NCBI GenBank assembly: GCA_964016885.1
Contig: OZ024742.1
Span: forward strand, 344,472,001 to 344,536,000
DNA from: Eledone cirrhosa
Lineage: Eukaryota
Length of the DNA: 64,000 nucleotides
Direction: 5' to 3'
This document shows positions 25,303-39,428 of this stretch, piece by piece. The translations under genes were made by a program, and so were the position numbers. The number at the start of each line of letters is the position of its first letter. Position 1 is the stretch's first letter. The notes beneath the pieces are model-generated. The model saw nothing but the letters and a program-made list of their open reading frames with translations, was not told the DNA's origin and made no database searches.

Positions 25303-25627
25303 GTAAGATGATTATTTTTACGTATGTATGTGTACGTGCATTTGTGTGTATTGCTTTCCACGTGTGTTTGTTCATTTATTTGTTGCCTGTATCGCTGTCA
25401 ACATTATAATAGTCTTTATATTCATTTTTACGTTTTTTATTATTTTATATTTTTTCTTATATTTATTTGTGCGTGTGAGTATGTAGAGGTGTGTGTATAT
25501 ATTTCTATTTTTGTGCGTGCGTATGTATGCGTGTATATATGTGTGTATGTATGTGTATGTATGTACGTGTGTATATACGTATGATTGTGTGTATGTGTAT
25601 GTATATGTGTATGTATATGTATGTGTA

Positions 25628-25697
<70 letters not shown>

Positions 25698-25828
25698 GTT
25701 GTATATATGTATGTGTATGTATGGATATGTTGATATTTATGTGTGGATGTATGTATGTGTATATGTATGTGTATGTATATATATACACATATATATGTGT
25801 GTGTATATGTGTGTGTATATGTGTGTGT

Positions 25829-25862
<34 letters not shown>

Positions 25863-26548
25863 ATGTATATAATTGTGTGTGTGTGTGTTTGCATGTGTGT
25901 TTTTATTTTATTTTTCCCTTCCTTCTGCCTTTTCCAGCCTCACTTTCATATAGATAGCATTTTTGTTTTTTAAAATCCAACGTCAATAAATACACCAGGA
26001 TTTTTTCATTCTGTTGATTGAAAGCAACATTCTTTTGCTTTTAAGAAACCACTGGTAAATGAAATAATTGCCTTATGTTGTTTATTACATAACTATTAAG
26101 CTCTGTTACCTACATAGAACACTCTTTTTTCCTGGACTTTTCCGACGGAATTACTTCATATATATATATATATATATGCACATTCAACACAGAGTAGAGA
26201 GTTTGACAACAGGTCCATGACTTTAGTCTAGATAGGGTAATGACATGTGATGGTGGGGAGAGAGTGTAGACGTTATTGTAGTGGCGGGTGACAGTGAGAT
26301 GTATCTAGTTCAATTGTCCGTTTTCTTCTCTTTGCAAAATTTGAATTTTAGCCATGTTATATTGAGATGTAAGTAAATGTAAAATGTGAAATATAAATAA
26401 GGATTGCTCTGGTAAGATATACTAAAATATTTGTGTAACTTACACAAACTTCTGTCGTGACATTCCCAAGTCCAGTGACAAAAAAATTGTTGTATCGTGG
26501 GGTAAGTTTTTAATTAATTAATTTTTGTATTCTGAAACATCAAGATAC

Positions 26549-26585
<37 letters not shown>

Positions 26586-26689
26586 CATATATACTTATAT
26601 ATACATACATATATATACACATTTATATATATATACATATATACATATATATACATATATATATATATATACATATATATACATACATA

Positions 26690-26785
<96 letters not shown>

Positions 26786-26799
26786 TACATATATATATA

Positions 26800-26876
<77 letters not shown>

Positions 26877-27313
26877 TATACACATATATACATATATATA
26901 TATATACATATACACATATATATATATACATATATATACACATATACATATATATACATATATACATATATACATATATACATATATATATATATACATA
27001 TATATACATATATATATATATATATACATATATATATACATATATATATACATATATATATATATATACATATATACATATATATACATATATATACATA
27101 TACACACATATGCATATATATATACACATACATATACACATATATTCATACATACATATATATACATATGTATATATATATACATATATACATATATATA
27201 CATACATTTATATACACACATATATATATATATACATATATACATATATATACACATATATATATACATACATACATATACATATATATACACATACATA
27301 TACATACATATAC

Positions 27314-27346
<33 letters not shown>

Positions 27347-27347
27347 C

Positions 27348-27396
<49 letters not shown>

Positions 27397-27459
27397 CATA
27401 TATATACATATTCATATATACATATACATATACATATATATATATACATATATATATAC

Positions 27460-27492
<33 letters not shown>

Positions 27493-27578
27493 CATATACA
27501 TATATATACATATACATATATATATATATACATATATAGAGAGATTACAATAATCAAAGTTCAGTTTAAATCATTTAT

Positions 27579-27627
27579 TTGCTTACAATTGTTTCCTCCA
27601 AACCGAGGTTTGGATTCTTCGGAGCAA
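27579..27627 (-). ncRNA. Hammerhead ribozyme (CCGAAGA core) in left PLE arm
   Basis: Exact reverse complement of 32656-32704. Confidence 0.75.
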
Positions 27628-29353
27628 CTATTTAGTGATCTATAACATACTTGACCTCCATTTCAACACAAGAGACATATAAAAACATATGCACATATTG
27701 ATCCACAGTGGGATGACATCCATCAAAATGATATAGCATGGCAGTTTACATATAACGGTTAAAGGATAAAGATAAAAATTAAAATTAAAATTAAAATGAA
27801 GCCTTGGTACTCTATGAAGATAAAGCAAGAGGAAAGTTTAGAGTAGTCAGTATATGAAACAATCTCCCGTGTAGCATGCACGCGTGTCTTATTTATACAG
27901 GATTAGAATGCGTCAGAATGTTACTTGCAGGGTCAGGCAGTAGAAGCAGGCAATCGATAGTATTATGTGGGCTGAATTATTAAATCATTTTTTCGCATAC
28001 ACCTGTATGATATACAATCCCGAATGTAGAGAAACACCAAAATATCAAAAATATCAAACATATTATATCGTAGGCAAAACAGTACCACTGTCTTCCCGCA
28101 CACCACCACTCACATAATCCATGAGACGCAATATATAGACCACGGGTCTATCATATAATTCACGATGGTTCGGCATATAACCAAGTTATAAACCGTATCT
28201 TGTCGATTCTTAATTAATAGATCATGTTGTTTAGTTTTGTGTGATGATATTATATTCCGGAAGTGTGTGTGTGACCAAGGGGAATTAATGCGTAAGGGGA
28301 GGTAACTAGCTGTTTTACTTAGTTAAATTTATTATCCTAAATTACATTAATGGTGTTTCAAATAAGTGCCTATCATATAATGTTATAACTAGTTTCTAGA
28401 TTATGTTACTTATCTATAGGTTACAGTGTTGTCTATTAAGAAGTACTAAAGGTGTATATATCAGGATGATTACCTTCTATTAAGGGGTGTCATATCTGAA
28501 CATTCTATAAGAAGAGTCAGACCCACAAATCAATGTTCTTTGTAAGTGTAATTCCTCCCGCAGGACCTGGCATGGTTCTATTATTTTATATGTGACTCCC
28601 GGTAAGCTCCGGGTCATTGTATGTCTGAATCCTTGGTAAATCTGAATATCTCCAGGGTGGTCTGGAGATCAAATCTCTCATATAAAGACACCAGTCTGGT
28701 CATCAAGCAGTAGATAAACTCCTATCTCATATATAAATTAAATTAGGTATCTTATCTACAAATTAGAGTTGAGTCTATTAACAAGTACTAAAGGAGTTCA
28801 TATCATGAAGATTACAATCTGGAGATCAAATCTCCCATAAAAAGTCACCAGTCTGGCCACCAAGCAATACATAAACTCTCATCTCATATATAAATTAAAT
28901 TAGGTATCTTATCTACAAATTAGAGTGGATTCTATTAATAAGTACTAAAGGGGTTCATATCCTGATGATTACAATCTAATCTAGAGTGCCACTCCTGGAC
29001 AATCTATAAGCAGAGTCAGACTACAAAATTAATTATAAGGGTTTCACTACTAATAAGGGTCTTATTACTAATAATGGTCTAATTATCATACAAGACTCGC
29101 GGCAAGTTTCGGGTCATTGTATGACTGCATTCCCGGTAATTACACCAGGGTGGTCCGGGGACCTGTTCTCTCATCAAAAGATACTAGTCAGGTCATCAAG
29201 CAACACAGAGACTCCTAACTGATGTATCATTGAATTTTTTATAATCTACACTCCTACTTATAGATTATAATCTACACTCCTACTTATAGATTATAATCTA
29301 CACTCCTACTTATAGATTATAAAAAATTCAATATAGAAAGAACTAGAAAACTA

Positions 29354-30705
29354 TTGCACAACACATTCAAAAACTATAACCTTAGTATTACCATGGACAC
29401 CCAAAACGTCAACTTCCTAGACGCCACACTCTACCTAGACTCAATGATATATACACCTTTCCACAAACCCAATGAAAAACTCATCTACGTAGATACCAAG
29501 TCTAACCACCCTAGATCCATATTAAACTCTATCTCTAAGGGAGTATCTAATAGAATCTCTAATCTATCCTATGACATAAACACATTTAACAATAACTCGC
29601 AGTACTATAATCAGGCATTAGCTAGATCAGGACATAATACAGGGATAGAGTTCCTATCTACAAAAACGCATAGCTACAACATTATTTCACACAACATGTC
29701 CATGGGAAAATTTAATAATAGGAATAGCAACCACACACACACTAATAGAGATGATAACAACAATAGTAACCCACACCACAGAAATTACCATAGTAACATT
29801 AAAGGAAACAAATCACCGGACATAAAAAACAGAAATAGAAGAAGAAATAATACATTTTTCAACCCTCCTTTCAATCTAAACGTCTCTACCAACCTACCTA
29901 GGGCTTTCTTCTCACTACTGGATAAACAGTTCCCATCCGGCCACAGGTACCATAGCCTTTTAAACAAAAACACTATTAAAATCTCATACTCTATACGCCT
30001 AACTTAGCATACCACATAGCTAGTAGCAATAAAAGAAAAATTAATTCTTACTTCCAACAAACTAAATCACAACAGACGATAAACCTTCAAAATAACATTC
30101 AAAATGACAGTCAAAATAACATTATAGCAACTAACCATAATATCAATAGAAATAATAGTATTAGTATTAGTGTAAACATTAACGCTGCGAACGACAACCC
30201 ACATAACCATAACACTATAGCTAACATCCAAACTTCTACACAGCATAGTAACCGGCAGACTAACACCCAGAATAATTGTAACTGTAGATCAAATAGAACC
30301 TGCCCTTTAGATAAAAAATGCTTAACCAAGGATATCATATACTCATGTACAGTCACAACTAACAACTCTTCTGAAACCTATATAGGCTCTACTTCTAACT
30401 GCTTCAAAACTAGATACAACTCGCACCTCCACTCTTTCAAAAAACACAGTCTGGCCAACTCCACTTCACTATCTAGCTACATACACTATCTAAAAACTAA
30501 AAATAAAATATACACACTTAAATGGGAAGAGGTAGGTAGTGCATCATCGTACAAACCACCTAATAAATTTTGTAACCTCTGTCTACTAGAGACACATACT
30601 ATCATCTTCTCTAACCATAATCTCCTTAATAAAAAATCAGAAGTGTTCGCATCTTGCCAACACCGCCTCCGACACTCTTTCCAAAACTTTAAACCCTATA
30701 TATAA
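29354..30705 (+). pseudogene. PLE polyprotein C-terminal half: RT thumb, Asn-rich linkers, Cys cluster and GIY-YIG endonuclease (frameshift at ~29994)
   Basis: First frame: NFLDATL..FHKPN..YVDTKSNHP and FFNPPF..KISYS. The Met-less frame 29995-30705 reads CNCRSNRTCPLDKKCLTKDIIYSCTV..TYIGST..FKTRYNSH..FCNLCLLE..LLNKKSE..CQHR. Confidence 0.9.
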
Positions 30706-32655
30706 CAATGTCAGACTGGAACCGTCACCACCCCTAGCAATTAGCATCAGTAGCACACCTCACACCTCATCTCCACACCCATTTATATACTCTAAAGGTA
30801 ATACTGGCAGCATTATAACACCTTCTACCCTGGGAATACCCCCATGTACTTCTAATTCTGATATCTCGGCCGTGAATTACTTAAACTGCATTGCACAAAT
30901 ATATGATTAATATAAACTGTAGACACGGTATTGGTTGTGCTAACATAGTCCTGTGCATGGAGTGCCACCATGAGATAGATTGATGATTAAGTAAGTAATC
31001 TTATTATTATGTGACTATATATTCTATAGGATCAGTACAATGAATTATGCACGGGTGATACATCAGTTAGGAGTCTCTGTGTTGCTTGATGACCTGACTA
31101 GTATCTTTTGATGAGAGAACAGGTCCCCGGACCACCCTGGTGTAATTACCGGGAATGCAGTCATACAATGACCCGAAACTTGCCGCGAGTCTTGTATGAT
31201 AATAAGACCATTATTAGTAATAAGACCCTTATTAGTAGTGAAACCCTTATAATTAATTTTGTAGTCTGACTCTGCTTATAGATTGTCCAGGAGTGGCACT
31301 CCAGATTAGATTGTAATCATCAGGATATGAACCCCTTTAGTACTTATTAATAGAATCCACTCTAATTTGTAGATAAGATACCTAATTTAATTTATATATG
31401 AGATGAGAGTTTATGTATTGCTTGGTGGCCAGATTGGTGACTTTATATGGGAGATTTGATCTCCAGATTGTAATCTTCATGATATGAACTCCTTTAGTAC
31501 TTGTTAATAGACTCAACTCTAATTTGTAGATAAGATACCTAATTTAATTTATATATGAGATGGGAGTTTATCTACTGCTTGATGACCAGACTAGTGTCTT
31601 TATATGAGAGATTTGATCTCCAGACCACCCTGGAGATATTCAGATTTATCAAGGATTCAGACATACCATGACCCAGAGCTTACCGGGAGTCATATATAAT
31701 AATAGGACCATGCCAGGTCCTGCGGGAGGAATTACACTTACTAAGAACATTGATTTGTGGGTCTGACTCTTCTTATAGAATGTTCAGATATGACACCCCT
31801 TAACAGAAGGTAATCATCCTGATATATACACCTTTAGTACTTCTTAATAGACAACACTGTAACCTATAGATAAGTAGCATAATCTAAAAATTAGTTATAA
31901 CAGCATATGATAGGCACTTATTTGAAACACCATTAATGTAATTTAGGATAATAAATTTAACTAAGTAAAACAGCTAGTTACCTCCCCTTACGCATTAATT
32001 CCCATTGGTCACACACACACTTCCGGAATATAATATCATCACACAAAACTAAACAACATGATCTATTAATTAAGAATCGACAAGATACGATTTATAACTT
32101 GGTTATATGCCGAACCATCGTGAATTATATGATAGACCCGTGGTCTATATATTGCGTCTCATGGATTATGTGAGTGGTGGTGTGCGCGAAGACAGTGGTA
32201 CTGTTTTGCCTACGATATAATATGTTTGATATTTTTGATATTTTGGTGTTTCTCTACATTCGGGATTGTATATCATACAGGTGTATGCGAAAAAATGATT
32301 TAATAATTCAGCCTACATAATAATATCGATTGCCTGCTTCAACTGCCTGACCCTGCAAGTAACATTCTGACGCACTCTAATCCTGTATAAATAAGACACG
32401 CGTGCATGCTACACGGGAGATTGTTTCATATACTGACTACTCTAAACTTTCCTCTTGCTTTATCTTCATAGACTACCAATGCTTCATTTTAATTTTAATT
32501 TTTATTTTTATCTTTATCCTTTAACCGTTATATGTAAACTGCCATGCTATATCATTTTGATGGATGTCATCCCACTGTGGATCAATATGTGCATATGTTT
32601 TTATATGTCTCTTGTGTTGAAATGGAGGTCAAGTATGTTATAGATCACTAAATAG

Positions 32656-32704
32656 TTGCTCCGAAGAATCCAAACCTCGGTTTGGAGGAAACAATTGTAA
32701 GCAA
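32656..32704 (+). ncRNA. Hammerhead ribozyme (CCGAAGA core) in right PLE arm
   Basis: Stem I TTGCT/AGCAA; core CCGAAGA; stem II A-TCCAAAC-ctcg-GTTTGGA-G; GAAA; stem III palindrome ACAATTGT. Predicted GUA cut after 32699. Confidence 0.75.
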
Positions 32705-32985
32705 ATAAATGATTTAAACTGAACTTTGATTATTGTAATCTCTATATAACTGCTCTGTAAAATAACCGATGTTATTACATTGAGCTATTTATCTTACTGG
32801 TAATAAGATAGTAATTAATGACTATCTTTCACTATTTAGGGTTTGTATAAAAAATATATAACCATAAAAGGTTTATTATAACATAACCATAAATAGCATC
32901 CTTAATACTATATACATATATATACATATACATATATACATATATATACATATATATATATACATATATATACACATATATATAC

Positions 32986-33026
<41 letters not shown>

Positions 33027-33237
33027 TACATATATGTACATATATATATATATACACACATACATATATCTACATATATATACATATATATACACATACA
33101 TATACATATATATACAAACACATATACATACATATACATACATATATATATACATATATACATATACATATATATATATACACATATATATATACATATG
33201 CATACACACACACATATACATATATATATATATATAT

Positions 33238-33324
<87 letters not shown>

Positions 33325-33407
33325 CATATATATATATATATACATATATATATAAATATACATATATATATATATATATATATATTTTTGTTTTTTTTTG
33401 TTTTTTT

Positions 33408-33545
33408 ACGTCCGCTTTTCCTTGCTTGCAAGGGTGAGACGGGAACTGATTCTGGCTTGATTTCTACAGCTGGATACCCCTCCCAACACCAACCTCATCT
33501 ACAGTGAGTGCTAGGTGCCCTTTCGCCGTGGCACCACCACGACCA
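33408..33545 (-). mobile_element. RTE-tail SINE fragment
   Basis: ACGTCCGCTTTTCCTTGCTTGCAAGGGT and TTTCTACAGCTGGATACCCCTCCCAACACCAACC resemble RTE-type SINE 3' ends. Confidence 0.45.
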
Positions 33546-33909
33546 CTCCACAGTGGAATGATATGGACCCCAGTCCATATCATCTCATTTCTACAGCTGA
33601 GTAAACTGCATCATATATATATATACATGCGTACATTGCTCCATATATATATATACATGCGTATATACGTCCATACATATATACGTACGTATATAATACC
33701 TAGATACCTCCATATATACATACGTACGTACGTACATACATATCGAAAAATTTATACATATAAATGTGTGTATTTGTGCTTCTCTTTGTGTGTATATAGT
33801 GTAAGCTAGTCGTATGTGTGTCTGACCATCGCTGAGTGTTTGCGGTAGAATAATGTCTTCCCAGGAATAAGTCATGAGTATCATATTGAAAAGAATATAT
33901 GACAATGTA

Positions 33910-33987
<78 letters not shown>

Positions 33988-34082
33988 CATATACATATAC
34001 ATATATACGAATATATATTGTATATATATATTTTGTATATATATATACGTGTATATATATATATATATATATGCACGTATAT

Positions 34083-34188
<106 letters not shown>

Positions 34189-34284
34189 AATGAAACGAAA
34201 TTTCATTTCTCACTCTTAGTAGGGCTGATACTTAAATGTAAGTATGTATACCTACATACATATATGTATACAGACGTACAGTAG

Positions 34285-34329
<45 letters not shown>

Positions 34330-34467
34330 GCACACATATATATATGTACGTATGGGTTTACCGAACATTTATTATAATGTTCGATTTGTTTGTAAACAAA
34401 CATCCCGAATTACGCCGTACAGTGTTCGTCAACCATCGTCGCCTTTTTGTTCAACACTGACACAGAA

Positions 34468-34510
34468 ACGATGTACTAGTTTCAAGCTTATTAGCTATCG
34501 TCAGCATCGT
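34468..34510 (-). ncRNA. Type I hammerhead ribozyme (family A)
   Basis: ACGATG-CTGACGA-TAGCT-aata-AGCTT-GAAA-CTAG-TA-CATCGT, with a 6-bp stem I and palindromic ACTAGT. Confidence 0.85.
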
Positions 34511-34968
34511 ATACCTTCCTGTCAGATGATTGAACGTTTGAAAGTATATACTTTCCTTATGCATATTAATGGCTGAGCAGCCTAATTTGCATATCGAGTG
34601 AATTAGTCGGCTGGGCGTACGGAAAACGATATGCAAAAGGAAAGTAATTCGAGCTGTTTTTTACAAACACACCGAGCATTATAATAAATGTTCGGTGAAT
34701 CCATACGTACATATATATATGTGTGCATGTATGTATATATATATACATACTACTATACGTCTGTATACATATATGTATGTACGTATACATACTTACATTT
34801 AAGTAACAGCCGTACTAAGAGTGAGAAATGAAATTCGTTTCATTTTTTCCGTTTTCAGTGCGCTCGGCCGATTAACTCACTCGATATGCAAATTAGGCTG
34901 CTCAGCCGTTAATATGCATAAGGAAAGTATATACTTTCAGACGTTCAATCATCTGGCAAGAAGGTATG

Positions 34969-35010
34969 CGGTGCTGACGAGGGCTAATAAGCTTGAAACT
35001 AGTACATCCG
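34969..35010 (+). ncRNA. Type I hammerhead ribozyme (family A)
   Basis: CGGTG-CTGACGA-GGGCT-aata-AGCTT-GAAA-CTAG-TA-CATCCG. Confidence 0.8.
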
Positions 35011-35213
35011 TTCTTTGTCAGTGTTGAACAAACGGGCAACGGTGGTTGCTAGACACTACGGCTTAATTCGGGATGTTTGCTTACAAACACACCGAGCATT
35101 ATAATAAATGTTCGGTAAATCCATACGTACATATATATGTGTGTGTGCATATATGTATATATATATACATACTACTGTACGTCTGTATACATATATGTAT
35201 GTACGTATACATA

Positions 35214-35287
<74 letters not shown>

Positions 35288-35293
35288 TATATA

Positions 35294-35446
<153 letters not shown>

Positions 35447-36244
35447 TAAGACAGGGGGGAAGAAAAAATGGCTTCACTTGTGCTTTCAACAAATTTATTT
35501 TCTTCACAAAATCCAAAAAGGATTTTTCTTAAAAAAATTATTTTATAAATTAAGTTGTTGGTTGTTGGTTAGGTCTTAGGAGTTCTTGGTTAACGTAGGA
35601 GGTATTGTTTCGTTTTTAGAAAGACCTTTCACGCTGAGGTGCGCTTGTCAAACTGATGTGTATGTGGTGTGTTGTTCTATATATAGGGATTTAACATGTC
35701 TGTGGTGTGGTGGGGGTTTCTTTTCTCCCCCTTTAATAAGTGCATGGGTGTAGGTGTGTTGAAAAAGTGTTCATAGCAGTAATGAGTTGAGACGGTGAGT
35801 AGGGTTGGGTGGGGAGAAATGTAGCAAGTGCGGCCTGCCCCGGTCATTCTCGAAAAATTCCTTTATTCAGGGGAAAAAGCTTTTAGTATTGCTTTTGTGT
35901 TGAGAATGGTCACAGGCAAATCGCACCTGTCAAGTTTGTGAATAATTATTTTTTTCTTCTTTTTTTCCTGAAGAATTTTTCTACGTCCATCCCAAAGTTA
36001 GTCCTTTGTTCAACACACACATATGTGCGCATATACGTACATACACACACGGGCATATGTAGGAATATATAGGCACACACCATCAATCACACACCCATGC
36101 ACAAATACATCCACATACATACACAAAAATATATAGAGACACATATAAAAACACACATATACATACGTACACACACGAATATGTACTCATACTTCCACAT
36201 GGGTATATATATATATATATATACATACACATACACATACACAT

Positions 36245-36287
<43 letters not shown>

Positions 36288-36318
36288 CATATACACATAC
36301 ACACATATACACACACAC

Positions 36319-36349
<31 letters not shown>

Positions 36350-36601
36350 TATATATACATATATATATACATATATATACATATATACATACATATACAT
36401 ACATATACACACATAAAGATACATAACTAAATATACATATATACACACATACACGCACACATACACACACACACACACATGCACGTGTATCACATATACA
36501 TATGTCCGTATATATACCCCTCCGTTCACACATACATGCATACACACACACACATACACACATACACATCTATATATATATACACATATAAAGAGAGAGG
36601 C

Positions 36602-36642
<41 letters not shown>

Positions 36643-36647
36643 CATAC

Positions 36648-36715
<68 letters not shown>

Positions 36716-37591
36716 AAAAAGGAATGAAATCGAAAATGCAACTGAAGTCTTATTTTTTTAAAAAATATATATATTTATTTGGTTCCTTTACCGGTTTCGC
36801 AGTTCTTCTGCTTTTCAAAAGGTGAGTTGAGATGGAGGGTCTGTGGTTTTTCTCACATCTGGTTGGTCTCTAAATGTTACTTGTTTTATATGGAAAAAGT
36901 GGCTCGAAAGCCAGGTTTTTCGAGAAGTAATTTGATTGGTTTGTCAATAATTATAATAAATTTCGCGCCAGTTCGCGTTACAATAGTTCTTCAAATAAGA
37001 GAGGGGGGGAGTTGTCACAGGCTGTTTTTTCATATATGAGTGTTTGAATTTCTTTTTACTTGAAAAAATGAGGCTCACGAAGGCTTTTTTTTTTTTTTGG
37101 TTGGTTATAAATGAAATTTGGCTGTCACGTGAACAAGTTTTCATTACATTTTTGCGCCCTTATTTGGAAAACTATTCTGTAGTCTTTATAGTGAATGTTA
37201 TGACAATGGAGAGATAGTGGTCAAGGGAAAAGGGATTGGAAGAAATGTTCTGGTTCAGTGAATATGGCCAGCTGTCAGAGTTCAGGTGTCAGAGTTCAGA
37301 TTTTCTATTGAGACTGAAGATATGTGTTTATTTGTGTGCTTGCGTGTGTGTATATGTGTGTGTGTGTATGTGTGTATTGGAAGATGATTCTATTAGTAGA
37401 GATGGGGGAGGGAGTTGTGTGTGTGTGTATATGGGTGTTATGTGTGTGTGTGCGTGTATGTTAGATGGAGAGAATATATATTTTGTGTGTGTGTATATAT
37501 ATATATGTGTGTAGGAAAGTGGTTCTATTAGTAGAAATGGGGAGGGTGTTGTAGGTGTGGGGGTTGTTATGTGTGTGTATGGGTGTTATGT

Positions 37592-38102
37592 TATGCATAC
37601 TAGTATTTCAGTATACATATGTGGATGTACATTTTTAACTTAATTGTTTAAGCGTCAGTCATACAAAAGTGAGTTACAAACGAAACGAAATTTAATTTCG
37701 TTTCGTTATTTGTTTTTATCGTCTCCGTTGAACCGGTACGTACTCACGCTCTATGCAAATTAGTCTGCCCACTACTAATTTTCATAGAAAAAGCATATAA
37801 CGATATGTGCTTTTACGATTCTCTAGAGACGCCGGAAGATAGGTAAATATTGCTGATGAGATGTAACAACATCGAAACTAGTTCAATATTCCTTGTCTGG
37901 CTTTCTGGAGAATAGAGGAAAGGTGTTTCCTCAAAAACCAGTATGACTCTAAAAACCGGTTTGTCTGTGTGTTTACATACAGAATAGCTGGACACTGAAA
38001 TAGTGACCAGTGAAAAACTCGGTACATCTACATATGTATACGTGTGTGTATTCATATGCATACTAGTATTTCAGTATACATATGTGGATGTACATTTTTA
38101 AC

Positions 38103-38108
<6 letters not shown>
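37592..38108 (+). mobile_element. Retrozyme-like family B monomer (463-bp unit plus 54-bp terminal direct repeat)
   Basis: TATGCATACTAGTATTTCAGTATACATATGTGGATGTACATTTTTAACTTAATT occurs at 37592 and 38055. A canonical HHR lies in the middle. Confidence 0.85.
37846..37890 (+). ncRNA. Canonical type I hammerhead ribozyme
   Basis: AATATTG-CTGATGA-GATGT-aaca-ACATC-GAAA-CTAG-TT-CAATATT. It has a 7-bp stem I, a 5-bp stem II and a palindromic stem III. Predicted cut after 37883. Confidence 0.92.
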
Positions 38109-38172
<64 letters not shown>

Positions 38173-38173
38173 G

Positions 38174-38282
<109 letters not shown>

Positions 38283-38458
38283 ATGCCTCTCTCTTTATAT
38301 GTGTATATATATATAGATGTGTGTATGTGTGTGTGTATGCATGTATGTGTGAACGGAGGGGTATATATACGGACATATGTATATGTAATACACGTGCGTG
38401 TGTTTGTGTGTATGTGTGCGTGTATGTGTGTATATGTGTGTGTATGTGTATATGTATG

Positions 38459-38503
<45 letters not shown>

Positions 38504-39365
38504 ATGTGTATGTGTATGTGTATGTATATCTATATATATACCCATGTGGAGGTATGAGTACATATTCGTGTGTGTACGTATGTATATGAGTGTTTTTATA
38601 TGTGTCTCTATATATTTTTGTGTATGTATGTGGATGTATTTGTGCATGGGTGTGTGATTGATGGTGTGTGCCTATATATTCCTACATATGCCCGTGTGTG
38701 TATGTACGTATATGCGCACATATGTGTGTGTTGAACAAAAGACTAACTTTGGGATGGACGTAGAAAAATTCTTCAGGAAAAAAGAAGAAAAAAATAATTA
38801 TTCACAAACTTGACAGGTGCGATTTGCCTGTGACCATTCTCAACACAAAAGCAATACTAAAAGCTTTTTCCCCTGAATAAAGGAATTTTTCGAGAATGAC
38901 CGGGGCAGGCCGCACTTGCTACATTTCTCCCCACCCAACCCTACTCACCGTCTCAACTCATTACTGCTATGAACACTTTTTCAACACACCTACACCCATG
39001 CACTTATTAAAGGGGGAGAAAAGAAACCCCCACCACACCACAGACATGTTAAATCCCTATATATAGAACAACACACCACATACACATCAGTTTGACAAGC
39101 GCACCTCAGCGTGAAAGGTCTTTCTAAAAATGAAACAATACCTCCTACGTTAACCAAGAACTCATAAGACCTAACCAACTACCAACAACTTAATTTATAA
39201 AATAATTTTTTTAAGAAAAATTCTTTTGGGATTTTGTGAAGAAAATAAATTTGTTGAAAGCACAAGTGAAGCCATTTTTTCTTCCCCCCTGTCTTAATAT
39301 ACCTAACTGTACCAAGGATTACACACATTTTCCAATATATATATATATATATAACTTTTATAGCT

Positions 39366-39428
<63 letters not shown>

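Larger units (their letters stand above)
27540..32908 (+). mobile_element. Penelope-like element, 5'-truncated, with 1.69-kb inverted arms (27540-29229 / 31056-32743), inserted in a TA-rich microsatellite
   Basis: The arms are near-identical reverse complements. The centre encodes the RT thumb and GIY-YIG, and an HHR lies ~40 bp from each outer end. About 165 bp of extra tail is present on the right only. Confidence 0.92.

Noticed and set aside
27540-32743. DNA transposon or Polinton with long TIRs
   Set aside because: The interior is PLE RT-thumb plus GIY-YIG, with no transposase or integrase, and the arms are the element's 3' non-coding region.
36712-37330. Coding remnant in the centre of the 35.4-39.3 kb foldback
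   Set aside because: No recognisable motif in any frame.
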